NCBI GenBank assembly: GCA_963765205.1
Contig: CAVXVB010000001.1
Location: 1-27,744, forward strand
Direction of reading: 5' to 3'
DNA: 27,744 nt
From: an uncultured Verrucomicrobiae bacterium
GTDB lineage: Bacteria; Verrucomicrobiota; Verrucomicrobiia; Opitutales; JABDGR01
Position 1 is the first letter of the stretch; each line of letters starts with the position of its first letter. Positions 1-9,606 of the stretch are shown here, piece after piece. The position numbers were made by a program, and so were the translations under genes. Under the pieces are notes generated by a model. The model saw only the letters and a list, made by a program, of their open reading frames with translations, was not told the origin of the DNA and ran no database searches.

Positions 1-3000
1 GAAGGTCTGGGTGTTGGTGCCGCTGCCATTCACCAACAACGTGCCGCCGTTCATCGCCAGGCCGGTGGTGCTCTTGATGATGTTGCTGCCGCCGGACAAA
101 TTCAATTGCAGCGTGCCGCCCGCGACGGTGGTGTTGCCGGTGTAAGAGTTAAGGGCCGTCAGCACCATGGTGCCCGCGCCGGCTTTGGTCAGGTTGTCGC
201 TACCGCTGATGATGCCGGCGATGGTCAGGGTGTTGTTCGCGACGTTGACGACTTCCGTCGCCTGGTTGAGCGTCACCCCGTTGGTGGCATTGCCCGCAGT
301 CAAAGCGCCGGTGCCGACGAAAGTGAAATTCTTGCTCCACGTCATCGCGTTGGTGATCGTCTCGCCGGCGGCGGCCGCGTCCAGATTGCCGCCGTTCATC
401 GTCAGCGCGCTGGTGCCGAGGGCCGTGGCGTTGCCGATCTGGAGCGTGCCGCCGTTGAGCGTGGTCACGCCGGAATACGAATTATTGCCGCTCAATTCCT
501 GGATGCCCGTTCCATTGATGGTGAGGGTCATCGTTCCACCGGTCAGGTTGCCCGAGTAGTTGTTATTAAAAAAGAAGCTGGTGTTCAGCGTCAGGGCGGT
601 GGTTGGGCCGGTGAGGGCGCCGTTGCCCGTCAGGCCGCCGAGGGTCGCATTGTTCTGCCCAAAAGTGACCGTGCCGTTGCCGGTCGTGATATTCAACGTC
701 GAATCCTGCAGCGACAAATTATTACTCAACACCAGCGTGCCCGTGCCGGCCTTGGTCAGGGTGTAACCCGCGCCGTTGTCGCTGATTTGGCCGCCAATGG
801 TCAGGGTGCTGGCCGTGACCGTCAGGGTGACGGGCGCATTCATCGTCGTGCCTTCCGTGCTGTTCCCGAGGGTCAAAGCGTTCGAGCCGACGAAGGTCCA
901 GTTGCCGTTCCAGTTTTGGGCAATATTCGCGCTCAGGCCGCTGGCCGTGGCGTCCAAGCTGCCGCCGTTGATAGTCAGCGTGCCCGTGCCCAGCGCACTG
1001 GCGCTGCCGATGCCCAGCGTGCCGGCATTGAGGGTGGTGCCGCCGGAATAGTTGCTGCTGGCGCCGCTCAACACCCATTCGTTCGAGCCGTTCTTGACGA
1101 CGCTGGTGGCATTGCTGCCGTTGTTGATGATATTGCCGGAGAAGGTGTTCGTCGTGGCCGTGGCGTTGGAGCCGGTGAAGGTCAGCACCGGGTTGTAGCC
1201 CGTGGCCGTGAAAGTCATGTTGGTCGTCGGGTTGAAAGTCAACGTGCCATTGCCCGAATTGTCGAGGGTTGCGCCGCCGGGGCCGATTTCCATCGTGCGC
1301 GTCGTGGTCTGCGCCGTGCCCGTGGTGTTGATCAGTTGCAGCGCGCCGCCGTTAAAGATCAGGGTGGTGGTGTTGCCGAGGCCGCTGTTCGTGCCGCTAT
1401 TGCCAATCGTGGACACGCTCAACGTGCCGCCGTTGAGGGTGATGGTGCCGTTGAAGGTGTTGCTGGCGTTGGTCAGCGCCAGCGTGCCTTGGCCGTTGAG
1501 GGTCAAACCGGTCGTGCCGCTGACCACGCCCCCGGCCGTCAGGGTGTTGCCGGTGATGCTGATGACCGGGGTGTTGGCCAGGCTGACGGCGCCGGTGCCG
1601 AGGTTCAAATTGTTCGAGCCGCGAAACGTGAAACCGGCTTCCCATTCCTGGGTGTTGTTGTTGGTCAGGGTCTTGGCGCTGCCGCTGGTGTTGTCAATAT
1701 TGCCCCCGTCGAGAACGAGCTGGCCGCTGCCGATGGCCGTGTTGCTGTTGATGTCCAGCCAGCCGGCTTCCACGGTCGTGCTGCCGTTGTAGGTGTTGGT
1801 GCCGCTCAGCACCAAGGTGCCGCCGCCGAACGCCCCCGTCTGCGAGCCGAGCAGGACAATGCTGTCCTGGTTGCCGCTGATGTTGCCGCCGATGGTGAGC
1901 GTGCTGCCCGCGACCGTGATGTTGTAGGAGGTGCTGTTGGCGCCGAAGGTGACGTTGCCGGTGCCGACGTTCAAACTATCGGTGCCCTCAAAGGTGAAGC
2001 TCTGGTCAATCGTGACGTTGTTATTGGTGGCCAGCGTCACCACGCCGCCGCTCGAGTTGTCAATGTTGCCGCCATTGAAAGTGAGGTTGCCCTTGCCGAT
2101 GGCTGAATTCGTCCCGCTGGTGCCGCCCGCGTTAATGTCCAGCGTGCCGCCATTGAGCGTGGTGGTGCCCGTATAGGTGTTGTTGGCGCTGAAGACTTCC
2201 ACGCCGTTGCCGCTCAGCACGATGTTGCCGCCGCCGGAGATGACGCCGTTGTAGGTCAGGTTGGCGAACGAGAACGCCACACTGCTGTTCTCCGCCGCGT
2301 TGAGGTTGTTCGCGGATACGAGGTTGCTCGTGTTGATGTTCAGGTTGCCCGTCGGAAGGGTGAGGGCTTGATTGCCCTCCAGGCCGCCCACGGTGACGTT
2401 GGTGATGCCCGCGCTGTAGGTGACCGTGCCGGTGCCGTTGAAGTTAAGCGTGGCATTTTGCAGCGAAAGATTGCTGCCGAGCGTCAGCGTGCCCGCCGTC
2501 ATGTTTAGGTTGCCGCTGAAAGTGTCCGCGCCGTTAAGCACCAAATTGCCCGCACCCGCTTTCGTCAGGCTGTAGCCATAGCCTCCGTCGCTGATCGTGC
2601 CGCCAATGGTCAGGGCGTTGGTGGCGCTCGCCGTGGTGAGGGTCACATTCGCGCCGAGGGTGGTGCCTTCCGTGCTGTTCCCGAGGGTCAAAGCGTTCGT
2701 GCCGACAAAGGTCCAATTGCCATTCCAGTTTTGGGCAATATTAGCGCTTAGTCCGCTGGCGGTGGCGTCCAAACTGCCGCCCGTGATGGTCAGCGCTCCG
2801 GTGCCGAGCGCCCCCGCGCTGCCAATTTCGAGCGTGCCGGCATTGAGGGTCGTCCCCCCGGAATAGTTGCTCCCCGTGCCGTTTAACTCCCAGACGCCGG
2901 CCCCATTCTTAATCACGCTGGTGGAATTGCTGCTGTTGTTGATGATATTGCCGGAGAAGATGTTGGGGTTGGCGGCGGTACCGTTGGTGCCCGTGAAGGT

Positions 3001-5329
3001 CAGGGTCGGGTTGTAGCCCACCCCGGTAAACGTCATGTTGCTGGTGGTGTTGGTGAAACTTAAATTGCCGGTGCCCGAACTGTCGAGCGTCGCGCCGCCG
3101 GCGCCGATCTCAATGGTGCGGTTCGTGCTATTCCCCGTGGTACCACCGACGTATTGCAGCGTGCCCCCGTTCACGATCAGGTCGGCGGCGGCGGCGGAAG
3201 AGTTGCCGATGCCGCTGTTGGAACCGCCGTTGGCCAGCGTGCTGACCTGCAGCGTGCCGCCGTTGATGGTGGTCGCGCCCGTGTAGTTGCTGCTGGCGTT
3301 GGTCAACGCCAGGGTGCCTGAGCCGTTGAGCGTGAGTCCCTGGGCGCCGCTGATCGTGCCGCCAAGGGTCAAAATATTTCCGCTGACGGTGATGGTGGGG
3401 CTGGTGTTCAACGTCACCGCGCCGGTGCCCAGGTTCAAATTCGCCGAGCCGGCGAAAGTGAAGCTGCCGTTGATGGCCAGGGGATAGTTGACCGTGGTCA
3501 GGGTCGCATTCGTGTTAATCGTCCCGCCCTGGATGGTGAACGTGCCGGCGGCCCGTGCCCAGCGCGCTGGCATTGTCAATGTTCAGCGTCGCGCCGTTCA
3601 GCGTCACCCCGCCCGTGAAGGTGTTCGCGCCGCTGAGGGTCTGCGTGCCGTTGCCGGTGATGATCACTTTGCTGCCACTGCCGGACAAGATGGCGCTGTA
3701 ATTGCCGTTGCTGAAGGGTCCGGTCGCGATGGTCAGGTTGGCGGTCGGCAACGCGAGATTCGTGTTCCCCGCCAGGCCGGCGACGGTGATGTTGGTGATG
3801 CCGGCGCTATAGGTAACCGTGCCGCCGGTGTAGTTCAGCGTGGCGTTTTGCAGGGCCGTCGCGTTGCCCAAGGTGAGCGTGCCGCTCTGCAAATTGAAGT
3901 TGCCGCTGAAGGTGTTGGTGTTGGTCAGGTCCAAATTGCCGGTGCCCGTGCTCGTCTCGGTCACGGAATCCGCGTTGCTGTAGTTGAGCGCCCCGCCATC
4001 CGCAATCACGCCGCCGATCGTCACGGTGTTCGCGGTGATCGCGACCGTCACGTTGCGGGCGCCCAGGGTCACCGCGCCGGTGTTCATGCTCAGGCTGCCG
4101 TTCGCGCCCACATAGGTCCAACTGCCGTTCCAGTTCTCGGCATTGCTGTTGGCCAGCGTCATCGTGGCGTTCGTGGTCAGGCTCGAATTGCCGCCGGTGA
4201 ACGTCAGCGCGCCCGTGCCGATGGCCGCGTTGTTTTCGAGTTCGAGCGTGGCGTTGCCCGAGACGGTGGTGCCCCCCGAGTAAGTGTTCGTCGCATTCAG
4301 CGCCCAGACGACATTGCCGGAGCCGGTGACCACCACGCTGGTGTTGCCCGTGCCGTTATTGCCAATGCTCGGATCAAAGACATTCACGAAGTGGCTATTG
4401 CCCGTCAGTGTCAGGGTCGTGTTGATATTGGTGCCGGAAAAGCCCAGGGCGCTGGTGCTGTTAAAGGTCAGCGCGCCGGTGCCGTTCGCGCCGATGATCC
4501 CGCCGTTGCTGCCCAGGTCGAATGAGCGGTCGGTCGCGTTCCCCGCGCCCGTGTATTGCAGCTCCCCGCCATTGAAAATTAAGTTGGTGCTGACATTGGA
4601 GGACTCGCCGATGCTGCTGGGCGTGCCCCCGGCCGCCAAAGTGCCCACACTCAGCGTCCCCGCGTTCAGCGTGGTCGCCCCGGTGTAGGTGTTGAGGCCG
4701 GAGAGAATCGTGGTGTTGGTCGTGTTTTGGGTGAACGCTCCCCCGCCGGAAATAATTCCGGCCAAGGTCACCGGGCCGGTCCCATTAAGCGTGAGGGCAA
4801 AGCCGTTGTTGTTGAGGGGGCCGCTGACCGTCAGCCCCGGCGTGGAGGTCGCATTGCCAACGGTCCAAGTCTGGGCGGCTTCGAGAACCAGCGAGTCGTT
4901 CGTGCCCAAGGTCAGGCTCTGGGTCGCATTGCTCAGGTCAATGCCGCCGCCGTTGGCGAAAGTTGAATTGCCGAGGTCGAAGGATTGGGCGGCCGCGGAA
5001 GCGTTGATGGTGACCGGGCCGAGCGGATTAAGGATTTTCAGGCCGCCCAAGGTCAGTGTCCCCGTGTAGGTTAGAGTGGCGGCGTTCGCCGAACTCACCG
5101 TGCTGTCAATGACGCCAATTTCCGTGGCGTTGACCCCCGTCGGATTGCCGCCTGCGCCGTTGGTCGCATTGGTCCAGGATGTCGTGGTGGTCAGGGCCGT
5201 TGTGTTGTTCGCCTTGTAAATGTCCGTCTGCGCCTGGGCCGCCGGGGCCAGGCCAAGCAGCGCCATCGCCATCCCTGCGAGGAGCAGGGCGGGCGTCAGC
5301 AGGGCGCGGGCTTGGCGGTTGAGTTTCAT
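1..5329 (-). CDS. Giant secreted autotransporter-associated beta-strand repeat (passenger-like) protein, >1770 aa; one extra base at ~3550; runs off the left edge
   Basis: ATG at 5329 starts a signal peptide (MKLNRQARALLTPALLLAGMAMALLGLAPAAQA). Many repeats of the form (L)SGxNT(Y/F)(T/S)GxTTLNxGTL follow. ORF 3515-5329 ends in junk (GTGRRHVHHPGRDD*). Removing one G at 3550/3551 gives GTGAGTFTIQGGTINTNATLT, in the same frame as ...NGSGTNTQTF at position 1. Confidence 0.9.
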
Positions 5330-5470
5330 GGTCTTGAATTTTTTGATCGGCGGATTTTGGTGGTGCTCAAGCGGGGGTTTCCGCCCAACTGGAGCGAATG
5401 AGGAAAACGCAGTTCTGCACTATACTACTGTCTTATCTGGGGGAAACAACCCAAAAACACCCGGTTAGCA

Positions 5471-5502
5471 GGTTTTTGACCAAATCGGTGGTTTTTTACC
5501 AA
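5471..5502. promoter_or_regulatory. Pair of 13-bp direct repeats upstream of the giant repeat-protein gene; possible activator sites
   Basis: GGTTTTTGACCAA (5471-5483) and GGTTTTTTACCAA (5490-5502) match at 12/13 positions. A TATAGT -10-like hexamer lies on the minus strand at 5419-5424. Confidence 0.3.
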
Positions 5503-5527
5503 GTTTTTAAAGGCTTCCCCCTCTTTT

Positions 5528-6265
5528 TCACCCCTTGGGCCCCCGGCGGTATGGCCGCGGAGGCGGGCCCGCGACGCGCCGAAAACAGCGCGTAAAATAA
5601 GCGGGTTCGGAAAAGCCCGGGTGCCGGGCGATTTCTCCGACCGACCACTGGCAGGTGTCGAGGAGTTCATCAGCCCATTGTATGCGCAACGCAGGAACCA
5701 ATCCATCGGGCTGAACCCGGTTTGCCGCCGGAATAACCCCGTAGACTGAGGCGTGGAAAGACCTGAGGGGAGTGCCCATTCGGCCAGACGGAGTGGCTCC
5801 GCGGGGCGGCTCTTCACCCGGACGATGGTCGCCGCAACCCGTTCCATCGCCGAAGGTTGCCCATCGGCGGTCGGCCCTTTTTGCTCGGCGCCGGTCGGCG
5901 CGCCGCGGAGTGCTCCGCCGGCCGCCGCCAGGTTGGCCGGAATGTGGCCGCGATCCAATTGCGCTCAAACCTGCCCTCTCCGCCCGTCGCCCGCGGGGCG
6001 GACGGAGCCGGCGATAAAGCGCCGCCCGCCAAGGGGATACCCAACAATTCCCGCCCGGATTCCACCTCCTCATCCCCACCTTGGAAATGAACCCCTTCGA
6101 CCGTCCAAGTCTGCTCCCGTTCTTCCGCCACCCATAAGCATCGGGTCGTTGGGCGGGAAGCCGACCGGCCGTGCCGGGCGTCACGACTTGCGCCAACCCC
6201 TCCGCCAACCGGAGCCAACCCCCGGCCTACTAAACATATGCTCACTAATTTTGCGGATACTCCAT
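5528..6265 (-). pseudogene. AraC-family transcriptional regulator, degenerate with several frameshifts
   Basis: Pieces lie in different minus frames. Cupin-like pieces: HGVSAKLVSICLVGRG, LPAQRPDAYG, WTVEGVHFQG. HTH1: LRLAEWALPSGLSTPQSTGLFRRQTGFSPMDWFLR. After a frameshift at ~5689, HTH2 LRIQWADELLDTCQWSVGEIARHPGFSEPAYFTRCFRRVAG carries the AraC signature GF-x3-YF-x-R-x-FR. Confidence 0.8.
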
Positions 6266-6471
6266 GACTTTTTTAGATAAAATATAAATTATTTTATGAA
6301 AAAATAAACACTTAGGTTACTAATAAACCCTGGAAGAGCTGGGGCGCGAGTTGGTGGATTGAGCGCGAGAAAACCATTCCCCGCGTGGCGGCGTGGCGCG
6401 AGAAAATCCCGCCCCCCGCTGGTTCCGGCCTTGGCTTTCCCGGCTCCGGTCTGCGCGCCGGCCACCCTTTG

Positions 6472-6564
6472 CTACGCCAGTTTTTGGGCGATGGTTTCCT
6501 CCAAAATCTCGCCCACGGTCAACGGGATGATCACCTTCCCGCTCCGCTTGAAAAAACGGTTGCA
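6472..6564 (-). pseudogene. Probable C-terminal remnant of the site-specific DNA methyltransferase/Mrr-like endonuclease fusion whose N-terminus is at 9054-9275
   Basis: Reads NRFFKRSGKVIIPLTVGEILEETIAQKLA*. From memory this matches the C-terminal tail of the PVC-group MTase-endonuclease family that begins PSAVVDTRVIYCGDNLEQL. It is on the same strand as that fragment. Not confirmed by search. Confidence 0.6.
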
Positions 6565-6775
6565 TGCCCCCCCTCGATAATTGCCCACGCACTGCGTGGG
6601 TAATTTTGTAGAATTTAAAACACCGTTAGCATGGACCACACAAAATTCATGGCCGAATTTCAAACTTGGGCTACGGTATATGCCTGGCTTCAAAGACGAG
6701 GTAGGCTTGACGGGCGCCGGCTTTGCCCTAATTCTAACCGTGTCGGCCATGTTGGCCGATGCCGCCACCATCCCC

Positions 6776-7954
6776 ATGAATATGCGCTCCATTGAGTTAT
6801 TCGCTGGAGCCGGAGGCCTTGCCCTCGGCCTCGATAAGAGCGGTTTTTCCCCGTCCGCAGTTGTTGAATGGAACTCGGATGCTTGTCACACCCTTCGGGC
6901 GAACACCGCGAGGGCCAATCTTCCCGTTTCTGGGTGGAACGTCTGCCAATCGGACATTCGGTTATTCGATCTTTCGCCCTACAGTGGGAAAATCGATGTG
7001 GTTTCAGGCGGGCCGCCTTGCCAGCCCTTCTCCATTGGCGGAAAACATAAGGGATTCGAGGACAAACGGGACATGTTTCCTGAGGCAGCGCGCGTTGTCC
7101 GCATGCTTCAACCCAAAACTTTTGTTTTCGAAAATGTCAGGGGCCTCCTTCGGCGTTCGTTCGCCAAGTATTTCGAGTATATACTTCTACAGTTGACCTA
7201 CCCCTATATCTTTCCGAAAGACGGCGAGTCGTGGAACGAACATCTTTCCCGCCTGGAAGCTCACCACACTTCGGGCCGGTTGAGGGATGAACATTACCGC
7301 GTTGTTTTCCGCATGGTGAACGCAGCCAATTACGGCGTCCCCCAAAAACGCGAGCGGGTTGTGATTGTCGGGTTCCGCTCGGATATTGGCGAAGATTGGA
7401 GCTTCCCGGATGAAACCCATTCCGAGGCGGCTCTGCTACAATCCAAGTGGGTTACGGGGGAATATTGGGATGAACATCGCGTGGCAAAAAAAGACCGGCT
7501 CACTCCCCCCGCGTCCGTTCAGACAATTTCGCCACTCCTCCCTGAGGCTAAATTGAAACGCTGGGTCACTGTCCGCGATGCGATATCTGACCTCCCGCCT
7601 CCATCCGCAAGTATGGAAGGAATAATTAAGAACCATCGCGTTCAGCAGGGGGCCAAGACTTATCCGGGACATACCGGTAGTCCGATTGACGAACCCGCGA
7701 AAACACTCAAGGCTGGGGATCATGGTGTCCCTGGCGGCGAAAACATGCTCGCTCTGCCCAATGGAGATGTTCGCTACTTTACAGTTCGGGAAAGCGCCCG
7801 CCTCCAAACATTCCCGGATTGGTATTTATTCCCGGGTTCTTGGACTGAGAGCATGAGGCAAATTGGCAATGCCGTGCCGGTTCGCCTAGCCGAGGTGATT
7901 GGTAAAAGCATTGCCCAGGTCTTGAAGCGACACAATCGGCGAAGCGCCGCCTAA
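6776..7954 (+). CDS. DNA (cytosine-5)-methyltransferase of a Type II R-M system (M.Eco29kI/M.SacII-like; predicted site CCGCGG)
   Basis: C5-MTase motifs occur in order: ELFAGAGGL (I), GGPPCQPFS (IV, catalytic Cys), ENV (VI), QKRERV (VIII), RESARLQTFP (IX), QIGNAVP (X). Start is ATG 6776 or 6782. Specificity is inferred from the adjacent endonuclease family. Confidence 0.95.
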   Translation: MNMRSIELFAGAGGLALGLDKSGFSPSAVVEWNSDACHTLRANTARANLPVSGWNVCQSDIRLFDLSPYSGKIDVVSGGPPCQPFSIGGKHKGFEDKRDMFPEAARVVRMLQPKTFVFENVRGLLRRSFAKYFEYILLQLTYPYIFPKDGESWNEHLSRLEAHHTSGRLRDEHYRVVFRMVNAANYGVPQKRERVVIVGFRSDIGEDWSFPDETHSEAALLQSKWVTGEYWDEHRVAKKDRLTPPASVQTISPLLPEAKLKRWVTVRDAISDLPPPSASMEGIIKNHRVQQGAKTYPGHTGSPIDEPAKTLKAGDHGVPGGENMLALPNGDVRYFTVRESARLQTFPDWYLFPGSWTESMRQIGNAVPVRLAEVIGKSIAQVLKRHNRRSAA

Positions 7955-7958
7955 TCCC

Positions 7959-8585
7959 ATGGACATTCCAGAGCCCTACAATCCGCTCCATAAAAAGAAC
8001 CTTGGCTTTAGTGTGGCGGAAGCCCTGCTGGCAAAGGTTCCCGAGCCCCTGCCGCCCAAGGAGGCTTTCGAGGGCGCGGGTGTTTATACGATTTATTACA
8101 CAGGCGACTTTCCCTTATACCGGCCCCTCGCGGAGAAAAACAAAAAAGGAAAATTTGCCTGCCCGATATACGTTGGTAAAGCGGTTCCAGCCGGGGCGCG
8201 CAAGGGCGGCTTCGGGTTAGATGCACCAGCCGGGCGCGCTCTCTATAATCGTCTGGGCGAACACGCTGAATCCGTTGAGCAAACTGATAATCTCAAGTTG
8301 GCGGATTTTTGCTGTCGTTATCTGACTGTGGACGATATTTGGATTCCTTTGGGCGAATCGCTGTTGATCCATATGTTTAGTCCCTTGTGGAACCAAGTCA
8401 TCGACGGCTACGGCAACCACGATCCAGGTAAGGGCCGCTATAACCAACAGATTGCGCCATGGGACATTTTGCATCCCGGCCGATCCTGGGCGAAGAAGCT
8501 ACAACCCGGCAAAGACCGCGTCGCTTTGGAGAAGACCATCCACGGTTTTTTTGCCTCCGATAAATTCAAAAATACCGCAAAGTAA
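7959..8585 (+). CDS. Eco29kI-family restriction endonuclease (GIY-YIG fold)
   Basis: GIY-YIG-type motifs GAGVYTIYYTG and PIYVGKA, then LYNRLGEH, WIPLGESLLI and PLWNQVIDGYGNHDPGKGRY, all typical of the Eco29kI family. 208 aa, starting 4 bp after the MTase stop. Confidence 0.92.
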   Translation: MDIPEPYNPLHKKNLGFSVAEALLAKVPEPLPPKEAFEGAGVYTIYYTGDFPLYRPLAEKNKKGKFACPIYVGKAVPAGARKGGFGLDAPAGRALYNRLGEHAESVEQTDNLKLADFCCRYLTVDDIWIPLGESLLIHMFSPLWNQVIDGYGNHDPGKGRYNQQIAPWDILHPGRSWAKKLQPGKDRVALEKTIHGFFASDKFKNTAK

Positions 8586-8607
8586 AAATTTATTCCCGTG
8601 AGATGGT

Positions 8608-9024
8608 ATGGCCGACACGCTTACAACTGCGGAACGCTCGGCGCTCATGTCCAAAATCCGGTCGAACGGGAACCGGACAACCGAATTGCGCCTGATCGAG
8701 ATTTTCCGCGCAAATAAAATCACCGGCTGGCGGCGAAACTTCGCCCTGCCAGGGAAACCCGACTTCGTTTTCCCCAAAGCCCGCTTATGCGTTTTTGTGG
8801 ATGGCTGCTTTTGGCACGGTTGCCCAAAGTGCTATCGGCAACCAAAGTCCAAGAAATACTTCTGGCGAAAAAAAGTGGCCGTGAATCAAGCTAGGGACAA
8901 GGCGGTCGCCAGAAAATTGCGCCGTCAAGGATGGCGAGTGATGCGTTTTTGGGAGTGCCGCATAAAAAACGATGCTTCAGTGCGTGAACGGGTGAACAGG
9001 GTAATGAAGGTCGAGGTGGTCTAA
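8608..9024 (+). CDS. vsr: Very short patch repair endonuclease
   Basis: Vsr motifs ERSALMSKIRS, TELRL, LPGKPDFVF, VFVDGCFWHGCP, FWRKKVAVNQARD and GWRVMRFWEC. Vsr is the usual partner of C5 MTases. Confidence 0.95.
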   Translation: MADTLTTAERSALMSKIRSNGNRTTELRLIEIFRANKITGWRRNFALPGKPDFVFPKARLCVFVDGCFWHGCPKCYRQPKSKKYFWRKKVAVNQARDKAVARKLRRQGWRVMRFWECRIKNDASVRERVNRVMKVEVV

Positions 9025-9275
9025 AACTGCCCAATATGCCATCCAAGGCAGGCGATATACGCCTGGGTGGATTCGTGCCGGTCCTCAAACGCCCGCTTTT
9101 CCTTGGTCTCCCCCCAAAAGACCTCGTAATTCCGGTTCGAGTTGAACGGCGGGTCAATGTAAATCAAGTCCACGCACCCGCCCGGCAGCTTTTGCAGCTG
9201 CTCCAGGTTGTCCCCGCAGTAAATCACCCGCGTGTCCACCACGGCCGACGGCTTGCCTTGCGTTTTTGTGGCCAT
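9021..9275 (-). pseudogene. N-terminal fragment of a site-specific amino (N6A/N4C) DNA methyltransferase
   Basis: ATG at 9275 gives MATKTQGKPSAVVDTRVIYCGDNLEQLQKLPGGCVDLIYIDPPFNSNRNY with the catalytic DPPF motif. Family-like sequence ends at ...STQAYI (~9054) and the frame stops at 9021, before any FxGxG SAM-binding motif. Confidence 0.85.
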
Positions 9276-9340
9276 GGGCGGGTGGGTATGGGGTCTTCCA
9301 GTTTTGCATGATCGTGGGCGGCGGGGTCTCTTCGTCCCGG

Positions 9341-9386
9341 GGAGCGCGGGCGTCCCGCCCGCCGCGGCCGGCGTCTCGCCGGCCGC
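9341..9386. repeat. REP-like GC-rich double hairpin
   Basis: GCGGGCG-TCC-CGCCCGC (9346-9362) is followed by GCGGCCGGCG-TCT-CGCCGGCCGC (9364-9386). Both stems are perfect and have similar 3-nt loops. Confidence 0.6.
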
Positions 9387-9606
9387 CTCCGGGTAAAACC
9401 GCCGGCGATGCCGGCCTGTCGGGCCGGGTGCCACCCCTTCCGGCGATGGTTGTGCCCGGTTTTTCCGCCCTTGGCAAGGCCCGGGTGGTGGTAATCTCCT
9501 TCCCTTGCACAAAAATCGCCAAATTCGCGTAAATCGCGTTTTGCGCAAGGACGGGGGCGGGGTGTTTGCGGTAGGGTGGGCGCGTGTTTTTAACGATTCC
9601 TTCGCC

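Noticed and set aside
106..5069. Long plus-strand ORFs (106-2106, 3488-4525 and many Val/Pro-rich short ones)
   Set aside because: They are antisense shadows of the high-GC repeat-protein gene and show no family motifs.
6581..6775. 65-aa N-terminal extension of the C5 methyltransferase in the ORF track
   Set aside because: It uses a TTG start, has no recognisable domain, and motif I begins right after ATG 6776/6782.
6565..9053. No CCGCGG site seen inside the R-M cassette (possible self-site avoidance)
   Set aside because: Only about one site is expected in 2.5 kb at this composition, so the absence is uninformative.
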